Assembly (NCBI GenBank): GCA_964016885.1
Contig: OZ024740.1
Location: 333,560,001 to 333,624,000, forward strand
Direction: 5' to 3'
DNA length: 64,000 bases
Source of the DNA: Eledone cirrhosa
Taxonomy: Eukaryota
The notes under the pieces are model-generated. The model was not told where the DNA came from, searched no databases, and was given only the letters and a program-made list of their open reading frames with translations. The translations under genes were made by a program, and so were the position numbers. Every line of letters starts with the position of its first letter. Position 1 is the first letter of the stretch. Positions 52,554-64,000 of this stretch are shown here, piece by piece.

Positions 52554-53248
52554 AGTGAAGTTGGGCGTTGTTTGTTTGGTGTCCCGAACTTGCAGGCTAC
52601 ACGATTCATCCGATTTTCATGAAACTTCACACATATATAAAACTCGATCCTTAGATTGGCCACGTGAAATTTTCGAAAAATCGATAATCAGGCCCCCACA
52701 AGCCAAAAAACGATACTTTTAAAAATCGTCCGATTTCGATGAAATTCGACGCAAATGTGTATTTTCATCGGACCCCCAGAGGCAAACATCAATCTTTTTT
52801 AGAATTCCTCCGATTTCAATGAAATTTGATATTGCCACAATAATAGATCCACTAGGAGTTATTCCAAGGCAGCAAAAATTCAGAAAGTTTCTTTAAACTC
52901 ATAAATCATGCGTTAAATGAGAGCGTTAAGAGTTAGGGCAGACAATTATTCATAGTTTAATTATCAATCGACTTTTTCACCCTGCTTTAAAAATCAACTG
53001 AAAATTCAATTTCAAGTGAATTTGACTTCCGTCAGTCGTGCAAAGAACAATTTCAACGATACACTCTATACCTACTATTGATCCATTATTTATGCTCAAT
53101 CACACACCTGCGTCTACTAACCTCTGTTTTTTTTTCCTTGAGGTTCGAAGGTTTTTGCAACTGTGATGCGCGGGAAGTAACTTTCACACATTTTAATAAC
53201 AGAGCAAAGGTCGACTTACACCCGGGCAACGCCTGGTACTTCTGCTAG
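52550..53248 (+). mobile_element. Non-autonomous Helitron
   Basis: 3' hairpin ACCCGGGCAACGCCTGGT followed shortly by terminal CTAG|T (53245-53248). Internal repeats CCGATTT..ATGAAA.TT. The 5' TC end is not visible. Confidence 0.75.
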
Positions 53249-53270
53249 TATATATTATTATTATTATTAC

Positions 53271-53377
<107 letters not shown>

Positions 53378-53806
53378 CGTGTGCGTGTATCTATGTGTGA
53401 ATGTGTGAGGATGTGTACCTACATATTTATTACTAAGACCTACTACCTTAATGTAAACGACAATGCTACTATATTAATTCAACTACGAACTGAAGCAAGC
53501 ACAAATTATACACTTACATTTGAAGTCATTCAACAAACTCTGGCACCAGGGAAGATTTAAGCAATATCCATTTCAACACACCGTAAAAGAAACGCAATAC
53601 ATATAACAGATTGCATCAATCTTCAATCTCATATAATAATAATGTAAACTACAGCACCCATTAAAATTTCTATTAAGCAAAATTCTCTATCATACCAATC
53701 TAGGGAGTCACTCAGTCAGCTGTTACATACATGACATAGACATATAGATATTTACATATGAATGAAAGTACAGACACACACACTCACAGACACACACACA
53801 CACTCA

Positions 53807-53866
<60 letters not shown>

Positions 53867-53870
<4 letters not shown>

Positions 53871-54387
53871 AAAGAATAGAGGTGTAACACACAAGTTATT
53901 ATATATTGGTAAACGGAATAGAAAATGCTGACAAATTGTTCACAGTTGAAAAATGGTTTAATTAGGAATAAAAGAGTATTAGTGATTGTATGGGTTAGTA
54001 ATCAGTTGTGGTTTTAAGTTTTTAAGTTTTTACCGGTTGCGCATTTCTAAATGCTTTTCAAAAATAATTTTGAGATAGAGTGTCCGTGCTGTTTGCTCTG
54101 ATCTGATTAGTTTTGGGAATTCTACCTGTTTTTATGTTAAAAAAGTGGCTCCAATTTGCAAAAATTCTTGTGGTCAAAACAATTTTGATTGGTCGGTAGA
54201 GGTCATGTGAATAAAAAGAGGTCATGTGAATGTAAAAAATTGATTTTGCGCCAAGACTGTTTTTATGTTAAAAAAGTGGCTCCAGCAAAAATTCTTGTGG
54301 TCAAAACAATTTCGATTGGTCGGTAGAGGTCATGTGAATAAAAAATTGGTTTTGCGCCAAGATTGAGAAATGACTCTTTCACAACAA

Positions 54388-54451
<64 letters not shown>

Positions 54452-56321
54452 TAGTAGTAAGGTGTTCGATGTTGTGATAATGGTTAGCAGCGATGTGTGT
54501 CAAATGGCTATTAAGATAAGTGTGTGTGTGTATGTGTGTATAGCAGAGTAATTCATGGTGGCAGGGATGGTCAGTAAGAATGTGTCTGAAAGCAATGGGG
54601 GGTATTTTAGCATGTCAAAAGATATTTTTCAGCTTTTGTCTTATACGGAGAAGTGTGTGTGTGTGTGTGTATATATAAGTCTATTTGTATGTTGATGTAC
54701 GCGTGTGTATGGGTGTGTGTATATATATGTGTGTGTGTGTGTGTGTGGGTGGACCAGTATTTTTTCCCCCTGGTAAAATGGTGTACATTATTCAATTTTT
54801 TCAGTAAAATCGGTTCTCTTAAAAGAACATCAAAAATCTTAACAATAAAAGGTGTGAAATGATATTCACTATATATATATACACATACATATATTCACTA
54901 TATATATATATACATACACATATACATATATATATACATATATATGCACATATATTATTTTGTGTTGCACCATAGAGCATGTGTGTTTACGTATGTCATT
55001 GTGTTTATATGTGGGTAGAGATGTGTGCTGATGTAGGTATGTATGTTGACGTGTGTATGTTGTGGGTTCGTCTTAGGGAGAAGTGTTTAGACGGGGTCCG
55101 TATTTGTTAATGTAGTAAGATTCCTTGCTGATGCGCTGGGTGTGGGTGGCATTATCTTTAAATTTGTAGAGGGGAAAGATTCTGAAGTTGGGAAGATTTT
55201 GGGCGGCACAGGTATCAATGTGTTCACTCAGTGGTATTTTCCTGTATTCCCGTATTTTGATTTGAGATCTATGGACAGTCATGCGTTGGCGGAGGCTGTT
55301 TTTGGTCTGGCCTATGTATTGTTCTCGACAACCTGAACAGGTTAATGCATATATTAGATTTTCCGATGCACATGTGAAATTGTGTTTTGCTATAAAACGT
55401 TGTCCATCTTTGAAATAGAATTCCGAACCCTCTATTAGGTTGATGCAAATGCCACAGTTGGGTCTATCGCATTTTTTTACTGTGGGTTTCGTTGTTGTGA
55501 TTGGCAGTACTTTGGCATGTGTTAAGATGTTTTTCATTGACTTGGATTGTCTTTTGCTCTTTATTATATCGTGTGTTCGTAGAATTTGGTTCATTCTATG
55601 GTCCTTTTTCAATACAGGGATGTTCTGGAGGATGGTGTCAAAGGCCTCATTGTTGAGGGGGTTGTGTGTGGAGATGTATGGAAGAGCTTTTAGTTTTGGT
55701 TGATTTATTTTAGGGTGTCTAAGGTCCTGGGTACTGAGTTTTAGGGCACGTTGGATTCCATTGTCAATTAGTGATGCAGGGTAGTCCCTGCCTATGAGTG
55801 TGTCCTTTAGTTCTTGTAGCCGTAAGTAGCAGATGTTTTTATTGGAGACTATAGTACATATTCTCTTGGCTAAGTTGTAGGGAATATTAATTTTAACGTG
55901 TCTAGGGTGGCAAGAGTTGAAGGGGAGATATTGCTTGGAGTCTGTGGGCTTGTAGTATATGTCTGTTTCTATTTTTTTGTTATGGGTTTTAATGAGGATG
56001 TTGAGGAAGGGGAGTTGTTGATGGCTGTATTCCATCGTGAAGTTAATATTCGTGTTGAGCCCATTTATAAGGGTGTGAAATTCTTTAAGTTTCTCGATGT
56101 CTTCGTGCCAAAGGATGAAGCAGTCATCTAGATATCGCTTCCAGTTCCTTTCAATGTGTAAGTGGAGGGTGTTTCCAAATTTGTTTAGGACTTTAGTGTG
56201 GAGGGTGATTTCCAGGTATCCCATGACTAGGTTGGCATAAGTGGGGGCTGTTTTCGTTCCCATAGCGGTCCCAGATTTCTGCCTGTAGGGTTTGTTATTG
56301 AAAACAAAGTAATTGTTCTCC
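53867..56321 (-). mobile_element. 5'-truncated Penelope-like element (Neptune/Poseidon-type) with RT C-terminal half and GIY-YIG
   Basis: Open frame GTAMGTKTAPTYANL, WKRYLDD, YYKPTD...SCHP, CDRPNCGIC, NLIYALTCSGCREQYIGQT...RQRM. Long 3' UTR ending in (TA)n. Confidence 0.93.
55073..56320 (-). CDS. PLE RT/GIY-YIG ORF, 5'-truncated
   Basis: Uninterrupted part of the 448-aa track ORF. The first ~33 aa come from the inverted UTR arm and are not genuine. Confidence 0.85.
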   Translation of the reverse strand, partial: ENNYFVFNNKPYRQKSGTAMGTKTAPTYANLVMGYLEITLHTKVLNKFGNTLHLHIERNWKRYLDDCFILWHEDIEKLKEFHTLINGLNTNINFTMEYSHQQLPFLNILIKTHNKKIETDIYYKPTDSKQYLPFNSCHPRHVKINIPYNLAKRICTIVSNKNICYLRLQELKDTLIGRDYPASLIDNGIQRALKLSTQDLRHPKINQPKLKALPYISTHNPLNNEAFDTILQNIPVLKKDHRMNQILRTHDIIKSKRQSKSMKNILTHAKVLPITTTKPTVKKCDRPNCGICINLIEGSEFYFKDGQRFIAKHNFTCASENLIYALTCSGCREQYIGQTKNSLRQRMTVHRSQIKIREYRKIPLSEHIDTCAAQNLPNFRIFPLYKFKDNATHTQRISKESYYINKYGPRLNTSP

Positions 56322-56698
56322 ACTGGAGCCACTTTTTTAACATAAAAATATTCTTGGCGCAAAATCAATTTTTTACATTCACATGACCTCTTTTTATTCA
56401 TGTGACCTCTACCGACCAATCAAAATTGTTTTGACCACAAGAATTTTTGCAAATTGGAGCCACTTTTTTAACATAAAAACAGGTAGAATTCCCAAATCTA
56501 ATCAGATCAGAGCAAACAGCACGGACACTCTATCTCAAAATTATTTTTGAAAAGCATTTAGAAATGCTCAACCGGTAAAAACTTAAAAACTTAAAACCAC
56601 AACTGAATACTAACCCATACAATCACTAATACTCTTTTATTCCTAATTAAACCATTTTTCAACTGTGAACAATTTGTCAGCCTTTTCTATTCCGTTTA

Positions 56699-56706
<8 letters not shown>
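56322..56706 (+). mobile_element. Inverted partial 3' repeat (pLTR) of the adjacent PLE
   Basis: Reverse complement of about 53901-54285, ending in (TA)n. Confidence 0.9.
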
Positions 56707-56734
<28 letters not shown>

Positions 56735-56739
56735 TATAT

Positions 56740-57835
56740 AAAGGCGTCCAGTACGCCTACCTCCTAATAAATGTCCCTCTGCCACTCCTGTTAAGGAACG
56801 CATCTGAGATTCTCCTCATTTCAGAGAGGTGCATCATCGCAAGCTGGATAGAATATTATGCTGATCTTCCAAACCCGATCACAACAATATCGTCTGATGT
56901 ACACGAAGTGCATCTAGGCTGAGGTCAGAAGAACAAGAGCTCAAACATGGCAAGGCCGCCTGGGGAGATTTAATCAGCCTTGACATGTCAAAAGCTTGAA
57001 ACACGGAACATATTCTCTGGTTGACTCGTGTGTGTCGGGAAGCCAGTAACTTCGGAAGGGCACCTAAACAATGTCAATCCCAATTTCCAAAACGGCAGAC
57101 AAGAGAGATTGTTCCAATTATAGAGGGAACTCTTTGTAAGTTTCCTCGTTAATGTCCATGTTAAGTGTCTGGCAAAAGGATCCAGTGAGATGTTCGAGTA
57201 CAAGCTATCTGATGAAGTGCGCAGATCTTTCAAGAAATTGTGGAATTATTGTCAAAATGTATATCTTTGTTTTGTAGACCTCGAAAAGGCATCTGGCCGC
57301 GTTCCTTGTGATATGCTGTGGAAGGTCCTGCAGAAGTATGGGAACGATGGTCATCGCCTTGCGACACTGATATCTGTATACGAATGACCAAGTATTTGTA
57401 TTCAGATAAATGCTGGTAAATCGTAACCGCCTAATGCGTACTGTCAACTCTCCTGTTCATTATTTTCATGAACAGGATTGTCATGCGTAGCCGGCAATCA
57501 GGTGGGGAAGATCAAGTATATCGGGGGCGTGTTCACGAGTGACGGAATGCAGGTGGCCGAATAAACTGAAAGAATTGCAGTAGCTTGTGCACGAATGAAA
57601 CAGTTTCAGGATTCGTTAATCAGACGAAGGGGAGGAGTTGTAAAGGCCAAGCTCGCAATGTTCCTGCCAAACCTTACATATTGTCATGAGTCTTGGGAAA
57701 TGACCGAAATAATACGATCGCGAATAAAACAGCCTGAAATGGTTTCCTTCTAAAGGTGTTAGAATGAACGTTACTCGAAAGACTGCGTAGATCGAAGGTC
57801 AGAGAACCACTCCAGGTAGATCTGCTACATCTTTT
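56740..57835 (+). mobile_element. Decayed RTE-type fragment related to 21030-23550
   Basis: CFVDLEKASGRVPCDMLWKVLQKYG, and shares the GTCAGAGAACCACTCCAGGTAGA-like segment with 23240-23260. Confidence 0.7.
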
Positions 57836-58221
57836 TGATAGTAAGTGTTTAATTAGTACGATGCCGAATGATATCCACAGCTTAAGTTATTAATTTCTGC
57901 GAATCATTGACGTAAACAATCATTAACATTTAAAATAATCCAATACGTTACATATAGAATCGTGCGACATATCATATGGCAGATAAATCTAGAAGCATAA
58001 CATTTTCACACTAAATAACAATAGGTAAATAAGTAAAAAAACCTATATGTATATGAATATGAGCATTCATAAATATCTAAATGTAATTACTACATATGTA
58101 ACATTGCAAATATTCTATAAATACTTATGTGTACAAATAGATCCTAGGATTAACCGGATATCTTACCACACGTATATATATATATATACGTGTGGTAAGA
58201 TATATATAATCTGGGACCACT

Positions 58222-59412
58222 ATGGGAACGAAAACAGCCCCCACTTATGCCAACCTAGTCATGGGATACCTGGAAATCACCCTCCACACTAAAGTCGTAA
58301 ACAAATTTGGAAACACTCTCCACTTACACATAGAAAGGAACTGCAAGCGATATCTAGATGACTTCTTCATCCTTTGGCACGAAGACATCGAGAAACTTAA
58401 AGAATTTCACACCCTTATAAATGGGCTCAACACGAATATTAACTTCACGATGGAATACAGCCATCAACAACTCCCCTTCCTCAACATCCTCATTAAAACC
58501 CATAACAAAAAAATAGAAACAGACATATACTACAAGCCCACAGACTCCAAGCAATATCTTCCTTTCAACTCTTGCCACCCTAGACACGTTAAAATTAATA
58601 TTCCCTACAACTTAGCCAAGAGAATCTGTACTATAGTCTCCAATAAAAACACCTGCTACTTACGGCTACAAGAACTAAAGGACACACTCATAGGCAGGGA
58701 CTACCCTGCATCACTAATTGACAATGGAATCCAACGTGCCCTAAAACTCAGTACCCAGGACCTTAGACACGCTAAAGTAAATCAACCGAAACTAAAAGCT
58801 CTTCCATACATCTCCACACACAACTCCCTCAACAATGAGGCCTTTGACACCATCCTCCAGAACATCCCTGTGTTGAAAAAGGACCATAGAATGAACCAAA
58901 TCCTACGAACACACGATATCATAAAGAGCAAAAGACAATCCAAGTCAATGAAAAACATCCTAACACATGCCAAAGTACTGCCAACCACAACAACGAAACC
59001 CACAGTAAAAAAATGCGATAGACCCGACTGTGGCATTTGCATTAACCTAATAGAGGGTTCGGAATTCTATTTCAAAGAAGGACAACGTTTTATAGTAAAA
59101 CACAATTTCACATGTGCATCGGAAAATCTAATATATGTATTAACTTGCTCAGGTTGTCGGGAACAATACATAGGCCAGACCAAAAACAGCCTCCGCCAAC
59201 GCATGACTGTCCATAGATCCCAAATTAAAATACGGGAATACAGGAAAATACCACTGAGTGAACACATTGATACCTGTGCCGCCCAATATCATCTCAACTT
59301 CAGAATCTTTCCCCTCTACAAATTTACAGATAATGCCACCCACACCCAGCGCATCAGCAAGGAATCTTACTTTATTAACAAATACGGACCCCGTCTAAAC
59401 ACTTCTCCCTAA
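58222..59412 (+). CDS. PLE RT/GIY-YIG ORF, 5'-truncated (396 aa)
   Basis: MGTKTAPTYANL...RYLDD...NLIYVLTCSGCREQYIGQT...ESYFINKY. Confidence 0.85.
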   Translation: MGTKTAPTYANLVMGYLEITLHTKVVNKFGNTLHLHIERNCKRYLDDFFILWHEDIEKLKEFHTLINGLNTNINFTMEYSHQQLPFLNILIKTHNKKIETDIYYKPTDSKQYLPFNSCHPRHVKINIPYNLAKRICTIVSNKNTCYLRLQELKDTLIGRDYPASLIDNGIQRALKLSTQDLRHAKVNQPKLKALPYISTHNSLNNEAFDTILQNIPVLKKDHRMNQILRTHDIIKSKRQSKSMKNILTHAKVLPTTTTKPTVKKCDRPDCGICINLIEGSEFYFKEGQRFIVKHNFTCASENLIYVLTCSGCREQYIGQTKNSLRQRMTVHRSQIKIREYRKIPLSEHIDTCAAQYHLNFRIFPLYKFTDNATHTQRISKESYFINKYGPRLNTSP

Positions 59413-60037
59413 GACGAACCCACAACATACACACGTCAACATACATACCTACATCAGCACACATCTCTATCCACATATAAACACAATGACATACGTAAAC
59501 ACACATGTTCTATGGTGCAACACAAATATACACAAATTTGCATACCTTTTGATGTCTATAGATATAAACGTGCCGACACACACACATACATAAAAGCACA
59601 CATGCATTACACACTGATGGGCACATACATATTTGTACACAAGTATTCCAATACAGCAAGGCCTAATGGATTCCCCTTGCAGTACGTACAATCTGGACAC
59701 TCACACAAACCTTGGTATTATGCCAATACTATATATCATTTTGCACCTTTTATTATTAAGGTTTTTGATGTGCTATTGAGAGAATCGTTTTTACTGAAAA
59801 TATCGTATGATGTACACCATTTTACCAGTATCACAAAATTACTGCCCCCCCCCCCACACACACACACATATACACACACACATACACACGCGTACATTAA
59901 CATACAAAGAGACATATACACACATACACTTCTCCGTATAAGACAAGAGTTGAAAAAATCTTTTAACATATTAAAATATCCCCCACACACCTACAGACAC
60001 ATTCCTACTGACCATCCTTCTACCACGAATTACTCTG

Positions 60038-60097
<60 letters not shown>

Positions 60098-60490
60098 ACA
60101 CACACAATCACACACAAACTTGTCTTAATAGGCATTTGAACTGTCAACAGGCTGCGGTTCGCACACACATGCCTGCTGACCATTATCACAACAACGAACC
60201 TCTTTATTACTACTACTACTACACACACACATATTTGTTTTGAAAGACTTATTTTTCAGTGACTTCTCAATCAGCCGACACAAAGCTACATTTGGCGCAA
60301 AATCAATTTTTAACATTCACATGACCTCTACCGACCAATTAAAATTGTTTTGACCACAAGAATTTTTGCAACACGAATTGGCGCGAAACTTATTTTAATA
60401 CATCTGGAGCCACTTTTTTCACATAAAAACAGGTAGAATTTCCAAAACTAATCAGATTAGAGCAAACATCACTGGCGCTCTATCTCAAAA

Positions 60491-60530
60491 TTATTTTTGA
60501 AAAGCATTAGAAATGCGCAACCGGTAATAC
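60491..60530 (+). ncRNA. Variant minimal HHR-like motif in the PLE 3' module
   Basis: TTGAAAA-GCAT-TAGAA-ATGC-GCAA-CCGG-TA. Related copies near 15135-15165(-), 54030-54065(-), 56541-56580(+) and 62788-62822(-). Confidence 0.55.
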
Positions 60531-60637
60531 TTAAAACAAAAACTGAATACTAACCAATACTATTACTAATTTTCACTTATTCCTAATTAACCTATTTTTC
60601 ACTATGAACAATTTGTCAGCATTTACTTTTCCGTTTA

Positions 60638-60675
<38 letters not shown>

Positions 60676-60676
60676 A

Positions 60677-60780
<104 letters not shown>

Positions 60781-60790
60781 GTATATATAC

Positions 60791-60846
<56 letters not shown>

Positions 60847-60975
60847 GTGAGAGAGAGGGGGTGAGAGAGAGTATTAGGCTAACCGACATGAATTCGCTGA
60901 ACACATTGAGGTATGTTGGTTGTGAAGCAGATAAAAAGAAACGCTCAACAATCTAAATAAATGGTTCATCAAATG

Positions 60976-61249
60976 GACTATCAGTTGTCATAGCCTGAGC
61001 TCTTGAGGTTGCAAAATCGATAAAAACTTAAAGTTTCAAACATAACCTTTACATTTGGAAGATCCCAATAATTTATCCGAGATATATTTTTTTCCATTGA
61101 TACAGTGTCCGACTGTCTCCCTGTATCAATAAAAGAAAATTTTTGATGGAGAAATAATTTGATTCCTTCAAATTTGAAGGTTACGAACTTTCAATGTTTT
61201 TATAGGTTTTTGCCGTCTAAAGAGCTCAATCTATCATAACTGATAGTCC
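60976..61249. repeat. Long imperfect hairpin
   Basis: GGACTATCAGTT..TGAGCTCTT..ATAAAAAC..TAACCTT..ATTGATACAG pairs with CTGTATCAAT..AAGGTTA..GTTTTTAT..AAGAGCTCA..AACTGATAGTCC. Confidence 0.75.
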
Positions 61250-61321
61250 TCAGTGAAATATGTATAACTGTGTTTTAAAGAAACCTTAATCAACTGAATA
61301 TGGCCTCCGGTCTTGTATTAA

Positions 61322-61400
<79 letters not shown>

Positions 61401-61407
<7 letters not shown>

Positions 61408-62660
61408 TACTTGTCCCCCTCGCCTTACGCGAATTCTGGTCCCATTAACTATTTTTAGTTATTGCTCGCACCAACCTTAGGTATCTGATTTTTAATGCGA
61501 TGAAATACCAATGATGGTTGGAAAATCACCGACAAAGGACTATTTTTATCATATGTAACCCATGTGCAAACCACGCAGTATTCTTCTTTCTTCTCAGGTT
61601 TTTATATATATTTACCTCGGCTGCGTTTGTCTGTTTCTCTCTTACTGCTTCCCCGCTCTCTTTGTTTCTCTAACCTTCTTTCGCCCCCTCTGTGAGTTAC
61701 AATTTCTCTCGACTGACCTCTTCCACACACTTCCACTCACTCACTCCCTATTTCTCCCCTTCTCACTTCCTCCCGTTTGGCTTGTGTGGGTCTCTTCTTG
61801 CTCACATCTCACACACTTCAACACGGTCTGTACTTCTCTCGCTCATGAAATCCACCCAGCTTATGATGACCGGACAACCATGTTGCTTGTTTATTTTCCT
61901 ATCTTCGGTTTGCTTTTATCCTTCTATGTTGCTTACTTTCCCCCCTCGCATTACGCGAATTCTGGTCCCAATAACTTTTTCTAGTTATTGCTCGCACCAG
62001 CCTGAGATATCTGATTTTTAATGCGATGAAATACCAATGATGGTTGGAAAATCACCGACGAAGGACTATTTTTATCATATGTAACCCATGTGCAAACCAC
62101 GCAGTATTCTTCTTTCTTCTCATGTTTTTTATATATATTTACCTCGGCTGCGTTTGTCTGTTTCTCTCTTACTGCTTCCCCGTTCTCTCTGTTTCTCTCA
62201 CCTTCTTTCGCCCCTCTGTGAGTTACACTTTCTCTCGACTGACCTCTTCCACACACTTCCACTCATTCACTCCCTGTTTCTCCCCTTCTCACTTCCTCCC
62301 GTTTGGCTTGTGTGGGTCTCTTCTTGCTCACATCTCACACACATTAACACGGTCTGTACTTCTCTCGCTCATGAAATCCACCCAGCTTATACTGACCGGA
62401 CAAACATGTTGCTTGTTTATTTTCCTATCTTCGGTTTTCTTTTATCCTTCTATGTTGTTTACTTTTCCCCCTCGCCTTACGCGAATTCTGGTCCCAATAA
62501 CTTTTTTTAGTTATTGCTCGCACCAGCCTGAAACATCTGATTTTTAATGCGATGAAATACCAATGATGGTTGGAAAATCACCGACGAAGGACTATTTTTA
62601 TCATATGTAACCCATGTGCAAACCGCGCAGTATTCTTCTTTCTTCTCATGTTTTTTATAT
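61401..62660 (+). repeat. Tandem array of ~2.4 non-coding 526-bp units, retrozyme-like
   Basis: Motif copies at 61439, 61965 and 62491 (period 526). Pyrimidine-rich body with (TA)n on both sides. Confidence 0.92.
61965..62066 (+). ncRNA. Candidate permuted/pseudoknotted hammerhead ribozyme (other copies at 61439-61540 and 62491-62592)
   Basis: GTCC CAATAACT TTTTCT AGTTATTG C TCGC A CCAGCC TGA GATAT C^ TGATTTT TAAT GCGA T GAA ATACC AAT GAT GGTTGG AAAATCA CCGACGA A GGAC. Confidence 0.65.
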
Positions 62661-62669
62661 ATATATATA

Positions 62670-62862
62670 TATTGGTAAAAGGGAAAGGAAATGCTGACAA
62701 ATTGTTCCCAGTGAAAAATAGTTTAATTAGGAATAAGTAAAACATAATAATAAGTATTGGTTAGTATTCAGTTTTAGTTTTAAGTATTTACCGGTTGCGC
62801 AATTCTAATGGTTTTCAAAAATAATTTTGAGATAGAGCGTCCGTGATGTTTGCTCTAATCTA
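62670..62862 (-). mobile_element. Solo 3' module of the Neptune/Poseidon-type PLE
   Basis: Homologous to 53903-54105, between (TA)n tracts. Confidence 0.85.
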
Positions 62863-62873
62863 ATTTATATAAG

Positions 62874-62947
<74 letters not shown>

Positions 62948-64000
62948 AAGAGAGAGTGAATGCGTGCGTGTGGTGAACGTATATTCAAGTGATGCTTATC
63001 TAATGATAGTAACTTATGTTATTCTATGAACATGAGAAATTTAAAATATTTCTTTGTGTTTCTATTTAATTTAAAATAATATATTGACTGGACAGAATAC
63101 GTACACGAAGTATATATTTTCCTAAATATGAACAACCCTCTTTATTGTATTTTGAGGAAACGTGCCTCAATCTGTTGTCCCTAGCATGCAGCTGAAATCT
63201 GAGATTTTTGTTGTTGTTTTTTCATTACACATTATTTAAACTATGCAGAATTGGTACTACACATATTATCTACTAAAATGTATTCAGTCAACAAACACAA
63301 GTTAATTACTTTCCTACACTATATGAACAGTAATATTAGTGTAATATTAATGTACACACTAGAAAGATATATCTATTTTCTGGTTACTTTCTATCATTGG
63401 TGTCGGTAGACATTATGCAATTTATGTTTCATTCAATTCTGCAGTCACTGATGCTACACAAAGTACTATAGCTGGCATTACTCCAGGGTATAAACTGGCA
63501 AAATTAAATTATTGAGCTGTAAATGCATTCAGTTTTGCAGATGTTTTAGGCTTTCGCTTTTGAATCAGTATTCGTGTTCTTTTACGTGTGAAATAATTTT
63601 GCATCTATTCCATATGATCTGATGACTTGGACATTCATGTGTGTTAGCAATTAAAGTATTATAGAAGCCAATTTGTAGCAGGAGGAATAAAATAATAATG
63701 ATGGAGAGAAACATAGCATTAGCTTAGAGGTATTAAGGTGAAATGTTATTACACATTTTGTACTCTGTTACCAGTATGTGCCAAAACTACGCGTATAGTG
63801 TATATTTATGGGATATACATACACAAACCATATAACTTTCATTGACAGGAGTTATCTTTTCAGATTTTGTTTTCGCTTTGAATCAATGACAAAATCCAGA
63901 AAAAAGTACATTGAACAACAAATGCTTAACGTTTGTTAAACTCGACAAAACCAGCAAATATATGCGTGATATTCAGCATTAATGTTTGACAAAATTGCAT

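Larger units (their letters stand above)
58209..60646 (+). mobile_element. Second copy of the Neptune/Poseidon-type PLE
   Basis: The ORF is nearly identical to that at 55073-56320 and the 3' UTR module is the same. Ends at GTTTACCAATATATA. Confidence 0.93.

Overview
This is AT-rich, microsatellite-dense eukaryotic DNA with no recognisable host gene. The SINE and repeat content suggests a cephalopod such as Octopus, which is an inference. Most ORF-track entries are artefacts of (TA)n, (CA)n or (TTA)n tracts. The window is a mosaic of retroelement remnants: Penelope-like elements (PLEs) of at least three types, R4/Dong-like RLE LINEs, RTE LINEs, an L1/Tx1-like LINE, tRNA-derived SINEs, a mariner MITE and a non-autonomous Helitron. 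Many short fold-back PLE-end elements sit in (TA)n tracts and carry minimal hammerhead ribozyme (HHR) motifs. The main finding concerns two diverged non-coding tandem arrays (50681-52553 on the minus strand, 730/749-bp units; 61401-62660 on the plus strand, 526-bp units). They share a gap-free 102-nt motif that contains all hammerhead core nucleotides. The three core strands are in an order (UH, GAAA, CUGAUGA) that matches none of types I, II or III. The predicted fold is pseudoknotted, has a k-turn in stem III, and is supported by compensatory substitutions between the arrays. It is a candidate new hammerhead architecture in retrozyme-like elements. All structures were folded by eye and none has been tested.
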